64,000 nucleotides of DNA from Auanema rhodensis (Eukaryota; Animalia; Nematoda). Position numbers and translations under genes: made by a program. Under the pieces are notes generated by a model that saw only the letters and a program-made list of their open reading frames with translations, was not told the DNA's origin and ran no database searches. Shown here one piece after another: positions 1 to 15,100 of this stretch. The stretch's first letter is position 1. Each line of letters starts with the position of its first letter. The stretch is taken from positions 1,178,001 through 1,242,000 of the forward strand of contig CAXKVF010000073.1 in the NCBI GenBank assembly GCA_964057225.1, read 5' to 3'.

Positions 1-29
1 CTAATTTTGAAAACCGCATCTCTTTATCT

Positions 30-39
30 TTCACGTGAA
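30..39. other. Perfect 10-bp palindrome TTCACGTGAA (G-box/E-box core), in nearly every monomer
   Basis: Self-complementary sequence read directly; protein binding not shown. Confidence 0.85.
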
Positions 40-112
40 GCGAGTTACATACCAAGTGCACATCACGTGTACATTTAATTAGCATAAATTAAAGTTCACG
101 TAAATTTCAAAG

Positions 113-127
113 TCATGGTTACCATGA
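113..127. other. 15-bp dyad TCATGGT-T-ACCATGA, in nearly every monomer (shortened to 13 bp by A127C)
   Basis: TCATGGT is the reverse complement of ACCATGA, with a 1-nt centre. Confidence 0.9.
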
Positions 128-3100
128 ACCAATATCAATAAAAATTTGTTTTTAGACTAATATGGACATGGGGAATCTAATTTTGAAAACCGCATCTCTT
201 TATCTTTCACGTGAAGCGAGTTACATACCAAGTGCACATCACGTGTACATTTAATTAGCATAAATTAAAGTTCACGTAAATTTCAAAGTCATGGTTACCA
301 TGAAGCAATATCAATAAAAATTTGTTTTTAGACTAATATGGACATGGGGAATCTAATTTTGAAAACCGCATCTCTTTATCTTTCACGTGAAGCGAGTTAC
401 ATACCAAGTGCACATCACGTGTACATTTAATTAGCATAAATTAAAGTTCACGTAAATTTCAAAGTCATGGTTACCATGAAGCAATATCAATAAAAATTTG
501 TTTTTAGACTAATATGGACATGGGGAATCTAATTTTGAAAACCGCATCTCTTTATCTTTCACGTGAAGCGAGTTACATACCAAGTGCACATCACGTGTAC
601 ATTTAATTAGCATAAATTAAAGTTCACGTAAATTTCAAAGTCATGGTTACCATGCACCAATATCAATAAAAATTTGTTTTTAGACTAATATGGACATGGG
701 GAATCTAATTTTGAAAACCGCATCTCTTTATCTCTCACGTGAAGCGAGTTACATACCAAGTGCACATCACGTGTACATTTAATTAGCATAAATTAAAGTT
801 CACGTAAATTTCAAAGTCATGGTTACCATGAACCAATATCAATAAAAATTTGTTTTTAGACTAATATGGACATGGGGAATCTAATTTTGAAAACCGCATC
901 TCTTTATCTTTCACGTGAAGCGAGTTACATACCAAGTGCACATCACGTGTACATTTAATTAGCATAAATTAAAGTTCACGTAAATTTCAAAGTCATGGTT
1001 ACCATGAACCAATATCAATAAAAATTTGTTTTTAGACTAATATGGACATGGGGAATCTAATTTTGAAAACCGCATCTCTTTATCTTTCACGTGAAGCGAG
1101 TTACATACCAAGTGCACATCACGTGTACATTTAATTAGCATAAATTAAAGTTCACGTAAATTTCAAAGTCATGGTTACCATGAAGCAATATCAATAAAAA
1201 TTTGTTTTTAGACTAATATGGACATGGGGAATCTAATTTTGAAAACCGCATCTCTTTATCTTTCACGTGAAGCGAGTTACATACCAAGTGCACATCACGT
1301 GTACATTTAATTAGCATAAATTAAAGTTCACGTAAATTTCAAAGTCATGGTTACCATGAAGCAATATCAATAAAAATTTGTTTTTAGACTAATATGGACA
1401 TGGGGAATCTAATTTTGAAAACCGCATCTCTTTATCTTTCACGTGAAGCGAGTTACATACCAAGTGCACATCACGTGTACATTTAATTAGCATAAATTAA
1501 AGTTCACGTAAATTTCAAAGTCATGGTTACCATGAAGCAATATCAATAAAAATTTGTTTTTAGACTAATATGGACATGGGGAATCTAATTTTGAAAACCG
1601 CATCTCTTTATCTTTCACGTGAAGCGAGTTACATACCAAGTGCACATCACGTGTACATTTAATTAGCATAAATTAAAGTTCACGTAAATTTCAAAGTCAT
1701 GGTTACCATGCACCAATATCAATAAAAATTTGTTTTTACACTAATATGGACATGGGGAATCTAATTTTGAAAACCGCATCTCTTTATCTTTCACGTGAAG
1801 CGAGTTACATACCAAGTGCACATCACGTGTACATTTAATTAGCATAAATTAAAGTTCACGTAAATTTCAAAGTCATGGTTACCATGAACCAATATCAATA
1901 AAAATTTGTTTTGAGACTAATATGGACATGGGGAATCTAATTTTGAAAACCGCATCTCTTTATCTTTCACGTGAAGCGAGTTACATACCAAGTGCACATC
2001 ACGTGTACATTTAATTAGCATAAATTAAAGTTCACGTAAATTTCAAAGTCATGGTTACCATGAACCAATATCAATAAAAATTTGTTTTTAGACTAATATG
2101 GACATGGGGAATCTAATTTTGAAAACCGCATCTCTTTATCTTTCACGTGAAGCGAGTTACATACCAAGTGCACATCACGTGTACATTTAATTAGCATAAA
2201 TTAAAGTTCACGTAAATTTCAAAGTCATGGTTACCATGAACCAATATCAATAAAAATTTGTTTTTAGACTAATATGGACATGGGGAATCTAATTTTGAAA
2301 ACCGCATCTCTTTATCTTTCACGTGAAGCGAGTTACATACCAAGTGCACATCACGTGTACATTTAATTAGCATAAATTAAAGTTCACGTAAAATTCAAAG
2401 TCATGGTTACCATGCACCAATATCAATAAAAATTTGTTTTTAGACTAATATGGACATGGGGAATCTAATTTTGAAAACCGCATCTCTTTATCTTTCACGT
2501 GAAGCGAGTTACATACCAAGTGCACATCACGTGTACATTTAATTAGCATAAATTAAAGTTCACGTAAATTTCAAAGTCATGGTTACCATGAAGCAATATC
2601 AATAAAAATTTGTTTTTAGACTAATATGGACATGGGGAATCTAATTTTGAAAACCGCATCTCTTTATCTTTCACGTGAAGCGAGTTACATACCAAGTGCA
2701 CATCACGTGTACATTTAATTAGCATAAATTAAAGTTCACGTAAATTTCAAAGTCATGGTTACCATGAAGCAATATCAATAAAAATTTGTTTTCAGACTAA
2801 TATGGACATGGGGAATCTAATTTTGAAAACCGCATCTCTTTATCTTTCACGTGAAGCGAGTTACATACCAAGTGCACATCACGTGTACATTTAATTAGCA
2901 TAAATTAAAGTTCACGTAAATTTCAAAGTCATGGTTACCATGCACCAATATCAATAAAAATTTGTTTTTACACTAATATGGACATGGGGAATCTAATTTT
3001 GAAAACCGCATCTCTTTATCTTTCACGTGAAGCGAGTTACATACCAAGTGCACATCACGTGTACATTTAATTAGCATAAATTAAAGTTCACGTAAATTTC

Positions 3101-6100
3101 AAAGTCATGGTTACCATGAACCAATATCAATAAAAATTTGTTTTGAGACTAATATGGACATGGGGAATCTAATTTTGAAAACCGCATCTCTTTATCTTTC
3201 ACGTGAAGCGAGTTACATACCAAGTGCACATCACGTGTACATTTAATTAGCATAAATTAAAGTTCACGTAAATTTCAAAGTCATGGTTACCATGCACCAA
3301 TATCAATAAAAATTTGTTTTTACACTAATATGGACATGGGGAATCTAATTTTGAAAACCGCATCTCTTTATCTTTCACGCGAAGCGAGTTACATACCAAG
3401 TGCACATCACGTGTACATTTAATTAGCATAAATTAAAGTTCACGTAAATTTCAAAGTCATGGTTACCATGAACCAATATCAATAAAAATTTGTTTTGAGA
3501 CTAATATGGACATGGGGAATCTAATTTTGAAAACCGCATCTCTTTATCTTTCACGTGAAGCGAGTTACATACCAAGTGCACATCACGTGTACATTTAATT
3601 AGCATAAATTAAAGTTCACGTAAATTTCAAAGTCATGGTTACCATGAACCAATATCAATAAAAATTTGTTTTTAGACTAATATGGACATGGGGAATCTAA
3701 TTTTGAAAACCGCATCTCTTTATCTTTCACGTGAAGCGAGTTACATACCAAGTGCACATCACGTGTACATTTAATTAGCATAAATTAAAGTTCACGTAAA
3801 TTTCAAAGTCATGGTTACCATGAACCAATATCAATAAAAATTTGTTTTTAGACTAATATGGACATGGGGAATCTTATTTTGAAAACCGCATCTCTTTATC
3901 TTTCACGTGAAGCGAGTTACATACCAAGTGCACATCACGTGTACATTTAATTAGCATAAATTAAAGTTCACGTAAATTTCAAAGTCATGGTTACCATGCA
4001 CCAATATCAATAAAAATTTGTTTTTAGACTAATATGGACATGGGGAATCTAATTTTGAAAACCGCATCTCTTTATCTCTCACGTGAAGCGAGTTACATAC
4101 CAAGTGCACATCACGTGTACATTTAATTAGCATAAATTAAAGTTCACGTAAATTTCAAAGTCATGGTTACCATGAACCAATATCAATAAAAATTTGTTTT
4201 TAGACTAATATGGACATGGGGAATCTAATTTTGAAAACCGCATCTCTTTATCTTTCACGTGAAGCGAGTTACATACCAAGTGCACATCACGTGTACATTT
4301 AATTAGCATAAATTAAAGTTCACGTAAATTTCAAAGTCATGGTTACCATGAACCAATATCAATAAAAATTTGTTTTGAGACTAATATGGACATGGGGAAT
4401 CTAATTTTGAAAACCGCATCTCTTTATCTTTCACGTGAAGCGAGTTACATACCAAGTGCACATCACGTGTACATTTAATTAGCATAAATTAAAGTTCACG
4501 TAAATTTCAAAGTCATGGTTACCATGAAGCAATATCAATAAAAATTTGTTTTTAGACTAATATGGACATGGGGAATCTAATTTTGAAAACCGCATCTCTT
4601 TATCTTTCACGTGAAGCGAGTTACATACCAAGTGCACATCACGTGTACATTTAATTAGCATAAATTAAAGTTCACGTAAATTTCAAAGTCATGGTTACCA
4701 TGAACCAATATCAATAAAAATTTGTTTTTAGACTAATATGGACATGGGGAATCTAATTTTGAAAACCGCATCTCTTTATCTTTCACGTGAAGCGAGTTAC
4801 ATACCAAGTTCACATCACGTGTACATTTAATTAGCATAAATTAAAGTTCACGTAAAATTCAAAGTCATGGTTACCATGCACCAATATCAATAAAAATTTG
4901 TTTTTAGACTAATATGGACATGGGGAATCTAATTTTGAAAACCGCATCTCTTTATCTTTCACGTGAAGCGAGTTACATACCAAGTGCACATCACGTGTAC
5001 ATTTAATTAGCATAAATTAAAGTTCACGTAAATTTCAAAGTCATGGTTACCATGAACCAATATCAATAAAAATTTGTTTTGAGACTAATATGGACATGGG
5101 GAATCTAATTTTGAAAACCGCATCTCTTTATCTTTCACGTGAAGCGAGTTACATACCAAGTGCACATCACGTGTACATTTAATTAGCATAAATTAAAGTT
5201 CACGTAAATTTCAAAGTCATGGTTACCATGAAGCAATATCAATAAAAATTTGTTTTTAGACTAATATGGACATGGGGAATCTAATTTTGAAAACCGCATC
5301 TCTTTATCTTTCACGTGAAGCGAGTTACATACCAAGTGCACATCACGTGTACATTTAATTAGCATAAATTAAAGTTCACGTAAATTTCAAAGTCATGGTT
5401 ACCATGAACCAATATCAATAAAAATTTGTTTTTAGACTAATATGGACATGGGGAATCTAATTTTGAAAACCGCATCTCTTTATCTTTCACGTGAAGCGAG
5501 TTACATACCAAGTGCACATCACGTGTACATTTAATTAGCATAAATTAAAGTTCACGTAAAATTCAAAGTCATGGTTACCATGCACCAATATCAATAAAAA
5601 TTTGTTTTTAGACTAATATGGACATGGGGAATCTAATTTTGAAAACCGCATCTCTTTATCTTTCACGTGAAGCGAGTTACATACCAAGTTCACATCACGT
5701 GTACATTTAATTAGCATAAATTAAAGTTCACGTAAAATTCAAAGTCATGGTTACCATGCACCAATATCAATAAAAATTTGTTTTTAGACTAATATGGACA
5801 TGGGGAATCTAATTTTGAAAACCGCATCTCTTTATCTTTCACGTGAAGCGAGTTACATACCAAGTGCACATCACGTGTACATTTAATTAGCATAAATTAA
5901 AGTTCACGTAAATTTCAAAGTCATGGTTACCATGAACCAATATCAATAAAAATTTGTTTTTAGACTAATATGGACATGGGGAATCTAATTTTGAAAACCG
6001 CATCTCTTTATCTTTCACGTGAAGCGAGTTACATACCAAGTGCACATCACGTGTACATTTAATTAGCATAAATTAAAGTTCACGTAAAATTCAAAGTCAT

Positions 6101-9100
6101 GGTTACCATGCACCAATATCAATAAAAATTTGTTTTTAGACTAATATGGACATGGGGAATCTAATTTTGAAAACCGCATCTCTTTATCTTTCACGTGAAG
6201 CGAGTTACATACCAAGTTCACATCACGTGTACATTTAATTAGCATAAATTAAAGTTCACGTAAAATTCAAAGTCATGGTTACCATGCACCAATATCAATA
6301 AAAATTTGTTTTTAGACTAATATGGACATGGGGAATCTAATTTTGAAAACCGCATCTCTTTATCTTTCACGTGAAGCGAGTTACATACCAAGTGCACATC
6401 ACGTGTACATTTAATTAGCATAAATTAAAGTTCACGTAAATTTCAAAGTCATGGTTACCATGCACCAATATCAATAAAAATTTGTTTTTAGACTAATATG
6501 GACATGGGGAATCTAATTTTGAAAACCGCATCTCTTTATCTCTCACGTGAAGCGAGTTACATACCAAGTGCACATCACGTGTACATTTAATTAGCATAAA
6601 TTAAAGTTCACGTAAATTTCAAAGTCATGGTTACCATGAACCAATATCAATAAAAATTTGTTTTTAGACTAATATGGACATGGGGAATCTAATTTTGAAA
6701 ACCGCATCTCTTTATCTTTCACGTGAAGCGAGTTACATACCAAGTGCACATCACGTGTACATTTAATTAGCATAAATTAAAGTTCACGTAAATTTCAAAG
6801 TCATGGTTACCATGAACCAATATCAATAAAAATTTGTTTTTAGACTAATATGGACATGGGGAATCTAATTTTGAAAACCGCATCTCTTTATCTTTCACGT
6901 GAAGCGAGTTACATACCAAGTGCACATCACGTGTACATTTAATTAGCATAAATTAAAGTTCACGTAAATTTCAAAGTCATGGTTACCATGAACCAATATC
7001 AATAAAAATTTGTTTTTAGACTAATATGGACATGGGGAATCTAATTTTGAAAACCGCATCTCTTTATCTTTCACGTGAAGCGAGTTACATACCAAGTGCA
7101 CATCACGTGTACATTTAATTAGCATAAATTAAAGTTCACGTAAAATTCAAAGTCATGGTTACCATGCACCAATATCAATAAAAATTTGTTTTTAGACTAA
7201 TATGGACATGGGGAATCTAATTTTGAAAACCGCATCTCTTTATCTTTCACGTGAAGCGAGTTACATACCAAGTGCACATCACGTGTACATTTAATTAGCA
7301 TAAATTAAAGTTCACGTAAATTTCAAAGTCATGGTTACCATGAAGCAATATCAATAAAAATTTGTTTTTAGACTAATATGGACATGGGGAATCTAATTTT
7401 GAAAACCGCATCTCTTTATCTTTCACGTGAAGCGAGTTACATACCAAGTGCACATCACGTGTACATTTAATTAGCATAAATTAAAGTTCACGTAAATTTC
7501 AAAGTCATGGTTACCATGAAGCAATATCAATAAAAATTTGTTTTTAGACTAATATGGACATGGGGAATCTAATTTTGAAAACCGCATCTCTTTATCTTTC
7601 ACGTGAAGCGAGTTACATACCAAGTGCACATCACGTGTACATTTAATTAGCATAAATTAAAGTTCACGTAAATTTCAAAGTCATGGTTACCATGCACCAA
7701 TATCAATAAAAATTTGTTTTTACACTAATATGGACATGGGGAATCTAATTTTGAAAACCGCATCTCTTTATCTTTCACGTGAAGCGAGTTACATACCAAG
7801 TGCACATCACGTGTACATTTAATTAGCATAAATTAAAGTTCACGTAAATTTCAAAGTCATGGTTACCATGAACCAATATCAATAAAAATTTGTTTTGAGA
7901 CTAATATGGACATGGGGAATCTAATTTTGAAAACCGCATCTCTTTATCTTTCACGTGAAGCGAGTTACATACCAAGTGCACATCACGTGTACATTTAATT
8001 AGCATAAATTAAAGTTCACGTAAATTTCAAAGTCATGGTTACCATGAAGCAATATCAATAAAAATTTGTTTTTAGACTAATATGGACATGGGGAATCTAA
8101 TTTTGAAAACCGCATCTCTTTATCTTTCACGTGAAGCGAGTTACATACCAAGTGCACATCACGTGTACATTTAATTAGCATAAATTAAAGTTCACGTAAA
8201 TTTCAAAGTCATGGTTACCATGAACCAATATCAATAAAAATTTGTTTTGAGACTAATATGGACATGGGGAATCTAATTTTGAAAACCGCATCTCTTTATC
8301 TTTCACGTGAAGCGAGTTACATACCAAGTGCACATCACGTGTACATTTAATTAGCATAAATTAAAGTTCACGTAAATTTCAAAGTCATGGTTACCATGAA
8401 CCAATATCAATAAAAATTTGTTTTTAGACTAATATGGACATGGGGAATCTAATTTTGAAAACCGCATCTCTTTATCTTTCACGTGAAGCGAGTTACATAC
8501 CAAGTGCACATCACGTGTACATTTAATTAGCATAAATTAAAGTTCACGTAAATTTCAAAGTCATGGTTACCATGAACCAATATCAATAAAAATTTGTTTT
8601 TAGACTAATATGGACATGGGGAATCTAATTTTGAAAACCGCATCTCTTTATCTTTCACGTGAAGCGAGTTACATACCAAGTGCACATCACGTGTACATTT
8701 AATTAGCATAAATTAAAGTTCACGTAAAATTCAAAATCATGGTTACCATGCACCAATATCAATAAAAATTTGTTTTTAGACTAATATGGACATGGGGAAT
8801 CTAATTTTGAAAACCGCATCTCTTTATCTTTCACGTGAAGCGAGTTACATACCAAGTGCACATCACGTGTACATTTAATTAGCATAAATTAAAGTTCACG
8901 TAAATTTCAAAGTCATGGTTACCATGAACCAATATCAATAAAAATTTGTTTTTAGACTAATATGGACATGGGGAATCTAATTTTGAAAACCGCATCTCTT
9001 TATCTTTCACGTGAAGCGAGTTACATACCAAGTGCACATCACGTGTACATTTAATTAGCATAAATTAAAGTTCACGTAAATTTCAAAGTCATGGTTACCA

Positions 9101-12100
9101 TGAACCAATATCAATAAAAATTTGTTTTTAGACTAATATGGACATGGGGAATCTAATTTTGAAAACCGCATCTCTTTATCTTTCACGTGAAGCGAGTTAC
9201 ATACCAAGTGCACATCACGTGTACATTTAATTAGCATAAATTAAAGTTCACGTAAAATTCAAAGTCATGGTTACCATGCACCAATATCAATAAAAATTTG
9301 TTTTTAGACTAATATGGACATGGGGAATCTAATTTTGAAAACCGCATCTCTTTATCTTTCACGTGAAGCGAGTTACATACCAAGTGCACATCACGTGTAC
9401 ATTTAATTAGCATAAATTAAAGTTCACGTAAATTTCAAAGTCATGGTTACCATGAACCAATATCAATAAAAATTTGTTTTTAGACTAATATGGACATGGG
9501 GAATCTAATTTTGAAAACCGCATCTCTTTATCTTTCACGTGAAGCGAGTTACATACCAAGTGCACATCACGTGTACATTTAATTAGCATAAATTAAAGTT
9601 CACGTAAAATTCAAAGTCATGGTTACCATGCACCAATATCAATAAAAATTTGTTTTTAGACTAATATGGACATGGGGAATCTAATTTTGAAAACCGCATC
9701 TCTTTATCTTTCACGTGAAGCGAGTTACATACCAAGTGCACATCACGTGTACATTTAATTAGCATAAATTAAAGTTCACGTAAATTTCAAAGTCATGGTT
9801 ACCATGAACCAATATCAATAAAAATTTGTTTTGAGACTAATATGGACATGGGGAATCTAATTTTGAAAACCGCATCTCTTTATCTTTCACGTGAAGCGAG
9901 TTACATACCAAGTGCACATCACGTGTACATTTAATTAGCATAAATTAAAGTTCACGTAAATTTCAAAGTCATGGTTACCATGAACCAATATCAAAAAAAA
10001 TTTGTTTTTAGACTAATATGGACATGGGGAATCTAATTTTGAAAACCGCATCTCTTTATCTTTCACGTGAAGCGAGTTACATACCAAGTGCACATCACGT
10101 GTACATTTAATTAGCATAAATTAAAGTTCACGTAAATTTCAAAGTCATGGTTACCATGAAGCAATATCAATAAAAATTTGTTTTTAGACTAATATGGACA
10201 TGGGGAATCTAATTTTGAAAACCGCATCTCTTTATCTTTCACGTGAAGCGAGTTACATACCAAGTGCACATCACGTGTACATTTAATTAGCATAAATTAA
10301 AGTTCACGTAAATTTCAAAGTCATGGTTACCATGAACCAATATCAATAAAAATTTGTTTTTAGACTAATATGGACATGGGGAATCTAATTTTGAAAACCG
10401 CATCTCTTTATCTTTCACGTGAAGCGAGTTACATACCAAGTGCACATCACGTGTACATTTAATTAGCATAAATTAAAGTTCACGTAAATTTCAAAGTCAG
10501 GTTACCATGAACCAATATCAATAAAAATTTGTTTTGAGACTAATATGGACATGGGGAATCTAATTTTGAAAACCGCATCTCTTTATCTTTCACGTGAAGC
10601 GAGTTACATACCAAGTGCACATCACGTGTACATTTAATTAGCATAAATTAAAGTTCACGTAAATTTCAAAGTCATGGTTACCATGAAGCAATATCAATAA
10701 AAATTTGTTTTTAGACTAATATGGACATGGGGAATCTAATTTTGAAAACCGCATCTCTTTATCTTTCACGTGAAGCGAGTTACATACCAAGTGCACATCA
10801 CGTGTACATTTAATTAGCATAAATTAAAGTTCACGTAAATTTCAAAGTCATGGTTACCATGAACCAATATCAATAAAAATTTGTTTTTAGACTAATATGG
10901 ACATGGGGAATCTAATTTTGAAAACCGCATCTCTTTATCTTTCACGTGAAGCGAGTTACATACCAAGTGCACATCACGTGTACATTTAATTAGCATAAAT
11001 TAAAGTTCACGTAAAATTCAAAGTCATGGTTACCATGCACCAATATCAATAAAAATTTGTTTTTAGACTAATATGGACATGGGGAATTTAATTTTGAAAA
11101 CCGCATCTCTTTATCTTTCACGTGAAGCGAGTTACATACCAAGTGCACATCACGTGTACATTTAATTAGCATAAATTAAAGTTCACGTAAATTTCAAAGT
11201 CATGGTTACCATGAACCAATATCAATAAAAATTCGTTTTTAGACTAATATGGACATGGGGAATCTAATTTTGAAAACCGCATCTCTTTATCTTTCACGTG
11301 AAGCGAGTTACATACCAAGTGCACATCACGTGTACATTTAATTAGCATAAATTAAAGTTCACGTAAATTTCAAAGTCATGGTTACCATGAACCAATATCA
11401 ATAAAAATTTGTTTTTAGACTAATATGGACATGGGGAATCTAATTTTGAAAACCGCATCTCTTTATCTTTCACGTGAAGCGAGTTACATACCAAGTGCAC
11501 ATCACGTGTACATTTAATTAGCATAAATTAAAGTTCACGTAAATTTCAAAGTCATGGTTACCATGAAGCAATATCAATAAAAATTTGTTTTTAGACTAAT
11601 ATGGACATGGGGAATCTAATTTTGAAAACCGCATCTCTTTATCTTTCACGTGAAGCGAGTTACATACCAAGTGCACATCACGTGTACATTTAATTAGCAT
11701 AAATTAAAGTTCACGTAAATTTCAAAGTCATGGTTACCATGAACTAATATCAATAAAAATTTGTTTTTAGACTAATATGGACATGGGGAATCTAATTTTG
11801 AAAACCGCATCTCTTTATCTTTCACGTGAAGCGAGTTACATACCAAGTGCACATCACGTGTACATTTAATTAGCATAAATTAAAGTTCACGTAAATTTCA
11901 AAGTCATGGTTACCATGAACCAATATCAATAAAAATTTGTTTTTAGACTAATATGGACATGGGGAATCTAATTTTGAAAACCGCATCTCTTTATCTTTCA
12001 CGTGAAGCGAGTTACATACCAAGTGCACATCACGTGTACATTTAATTAGCATAAATTAAAGTTCACGTAAAATTCAAAGTCATGGTTACCATGCACCAAT

Positions 12101-15100
12101 ATCAATAAAAATTTGTTTTTAGACTAATATGGACATGGGGAATCTAATTTTGAAAACCGCATCTCTTTATCTTTCACGTGAAGCGAGTTACATACCAAGT
12201 GCACATCACGTGTACATTTAATTAGCATAAATTAAAGTTCACGTAAATTTCAAAGTCATGGTTACCATGAACCAATATCAATAAAAATTTGTTTTGAGAC
12301 TAATATGGACATGGGGAATCTAATTTTGAAAACCGCATCTCTTTATCTTTCACGTGAAGCGAGTTACATACCAAGTGCACATCACGTGTACATTTAATTA
12401 GCATAAATTAAAGTTCACGTAAATTTCAAAGTCATGGTTACCATGAAGCAATATCAATAAAAATTTGTTTTTAGACTAATATGGACATGGGGAATCTAAT
12501 TTTGAAAACCGCATCTCTTTATCTTTCACGTGAAGCGAGTTACATACCAAGTGCACATCACGTGTACATTTAATTAGCATAAATTAAAGTTCACGTAAAT
12601 TTCAAAGTCATGGTTACCATGAACCAATATCAATAAAAATTTGTTTTTAGACTAATATGGACATGGGGAATCTAATTTTGAAAACCGCATCTCTTTATCT
12701 TTCACGTGAAGCGAGTTACATACCAAGTGCACATCATGTGTACATTTAATTAGCATAAATTAAAGTTCACGTAAAATTCAAAGTCATGGTTACCATGCAC
12801 CAATATCAATAAAAATTTGTTTTTAGACTAATATGGACATGGGGAATCTAATTTTGAAAACCGCATCTCTTCATCTTTCACGTGAAGCGAGTTACATACC
12901 AAGTGCACATCACGTGTACATTTAATTAGCATAAATTAAAGTTCACGTAAATTTCAAAGTCATGGTTACCATGAACCAATATCAATAAAAATTTGTTTTG
13001 AGACTAATATGGACATGGGGAATCTAATTTTGAAAACCGCATCTCTTTATCTTCCACGTGAAGCGAGTTACATACCAAGTTCACATCACGTGTACATTTA
13101 ATTAGCATAAATTAAAGTTCACGTAAATTTCAAAGTCATGGTTACCATGAACCAATATCAATAAAAATTTGTTTTTAGACTAATATGGACATGGGGAATC
13201 TAATTTTGAAAACCGCATCTCTTTATCTTTCACGTGAAGCGAGTTACATACCAAGTGCACATCACGTGTACATTTAATTAGCATAAATTAAAGTTCACGT
13301 AAATTTCAAAGTCATGGTTACCATGAACCAATATCAATAAAAATTTGTTTTTAGACTAATATGGACATGGGGAATCTAATTTTGAAAACCGCATCTCTTT
13401 ATCTTTCACGTGAAGCGAGTTACATACCAAGTGCACATCACGTGTACATTTAATTAGCATAAATTAAAGTTCACGTAAATTTCAAAGTCATGGTTACCAT
13501 GAACTAATATCAATAAAAATTTGTTTTTAGACTAATATGGACATGGGGAATCTAATTTTGAAAACCGCATCTCTTTATCTTTCACGTGAAGCGAGTTACA
13601 TACCAAGTGCACATCACGTGTACATTTAATTAGCATAAATTAAAGTTCACGTAAATTTCAAAGTCATGGTTACCATGAAGCAATATCAATAAAAATTTGT
13701 TTTTAGACTAATATGGACATGGGGAATCTAATTTTGAAAACCGCATCTCTTTATCTTTCACGTGAAGCGAGTTACATACCAAGTGCACATCACGTGTACA
13801 TTTAATTAGCATAAATTAAAGTTCACGTAAATTTCAAAGTCATGGTTACCATGAACCAATATCAATAAAAATTTGTTTTTAGACTAATATGAACATGGGG
13901 AATCTAATTTTGGAAACCGCATCTCTTTATCTTTCACGTGAAGCGAGTTACATACCAAGTGCACATCACGTGTACATTTAATTAGCATAAATTAAAGTTC
14001 ACGTAAATTTCAAAGTCATGGTTACCATGAAGCAATATCAATAAAAATTTGTTTTTAGACTAATATGGACATGGGGAATCTAATTTTGAAAACCGCATCT
14101 CTTTATCTTTCACGTGAAGCGAGTTACATACCAAGTGCACATCACGTGTACATTTAATTAGCATAAATTAAAGTTCACGTAAATTTCAAAGTCATGGTTA
14201 CCATGAACCAATATCAATAAAAATTTGTTTTTAGACTAATATGGACATGGGGAATCTAATTTTGAAAACCGCATCTCTTTATCTTTCACGTGAAGCGAGT
14301 TACATACCAAGTGCACATCACGTGTACATTTAATTAGCATAAATTAAAGTTCACGTAAATTTCAAAGTCATGGTTACCATGAACTAATATCAATAAAAAT
14401 TTGTTTTTAGACTAATATGGACATGGGGAATCTAATTTTGAAAACCGCATCTCTTTATCTTTCACGTGAAGCGAGTTACATACCAAGTGCACATCACGTG
14501 TACATTTAATTAGCATAAATTAAAGTTCACGTAAATTTCAAAGTCATGGTTACCATGAACCAATATCAATAAAAATTTGTTTTTAGACTAATATGAACAT
14601 GGGGAATCTAATTTTAGAAACCGCATCTCTTTATCTTTCACGTGAAGCGAGTTACATACCAAGTGCACATCACGTGTACATTTAATTAGCATAAATTAAA
14701 GTTCACGTAAATTTCAAAGTCATGGTTACCATGAAGCAATATCAATAAAAATTTGTTTTTAGACTAATATGGACATGGGGAATCTAATTTTAGAAACCGC
14801 ATCTCTTTATCTTTCACGTGAAGCGAGTTACATACCAAGTGCACATCACGTGTACATTTAATTAGCATAAATTAAAGTTCACGTAAATTTCAAAGTCATG
14901 GTTACCATGAACCAATATCAATAAAAATTTGTTTTTAGACTAATATGGACATGGGGAATCTAATTTTGAAAACCGCATCTCTTTATCTTTCACGTGAAGC
15001 GAGTTACATACCAAGTGCACATCACGTGTACATTTAATTAGCATAAATTAAAGTTCACGTAAATTTCAAAGTCATGGTTACCATGAACCAATATCAATAA

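Larger units (their letters stand above)
1..176 (+). repeat. Reference monomer (176 bp, 56 G+C, 5 CpG)
   Basis: Hand count of the first unit. It contains PmlI CACGTG at 32-37 and 64-69, ApaLI GTGCAC at 56-61, BsrGI TGTACA at 68-73 and BstEII GGTTACC at 117-123. Confidence 0.97.

Noticed and set aside
127-130. Multi-state site (aacc/aagc/cacc/aact) as an information-bearing code or diversified cassette
   Set aside because: Its order is explained by block duplication and domain turnover; no sign of programmed diversification.
137-142. AATAAA polyadenylation signal in each monomer
   Set aside because: Expected by chance in 68% AT DNA; no transcript context.
1-176. Canonical CENP-B box
   Set aside because: The consensus lacks the TTCG...A..CGGG core on either strand.
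62-176. Budding-yeast point centromere (CDEI-CDEII-CDEIII)
   Set aside because: The CDEI-like 8-mer is present, but the following DNA is not a >90% AT CDEII, no CDEIII CCGAA core is evident, and point centromeres are not tandem arrays.
1-176. Assignment to known ~176-bp satellites (Brassica CentBr, Arabidopsis CEN178, honeybee AluI)
   Set aside because: Only the length is similar. I recognise no sequence match and the consensus has no AAGCTT or AGCT site. A database search is needed.
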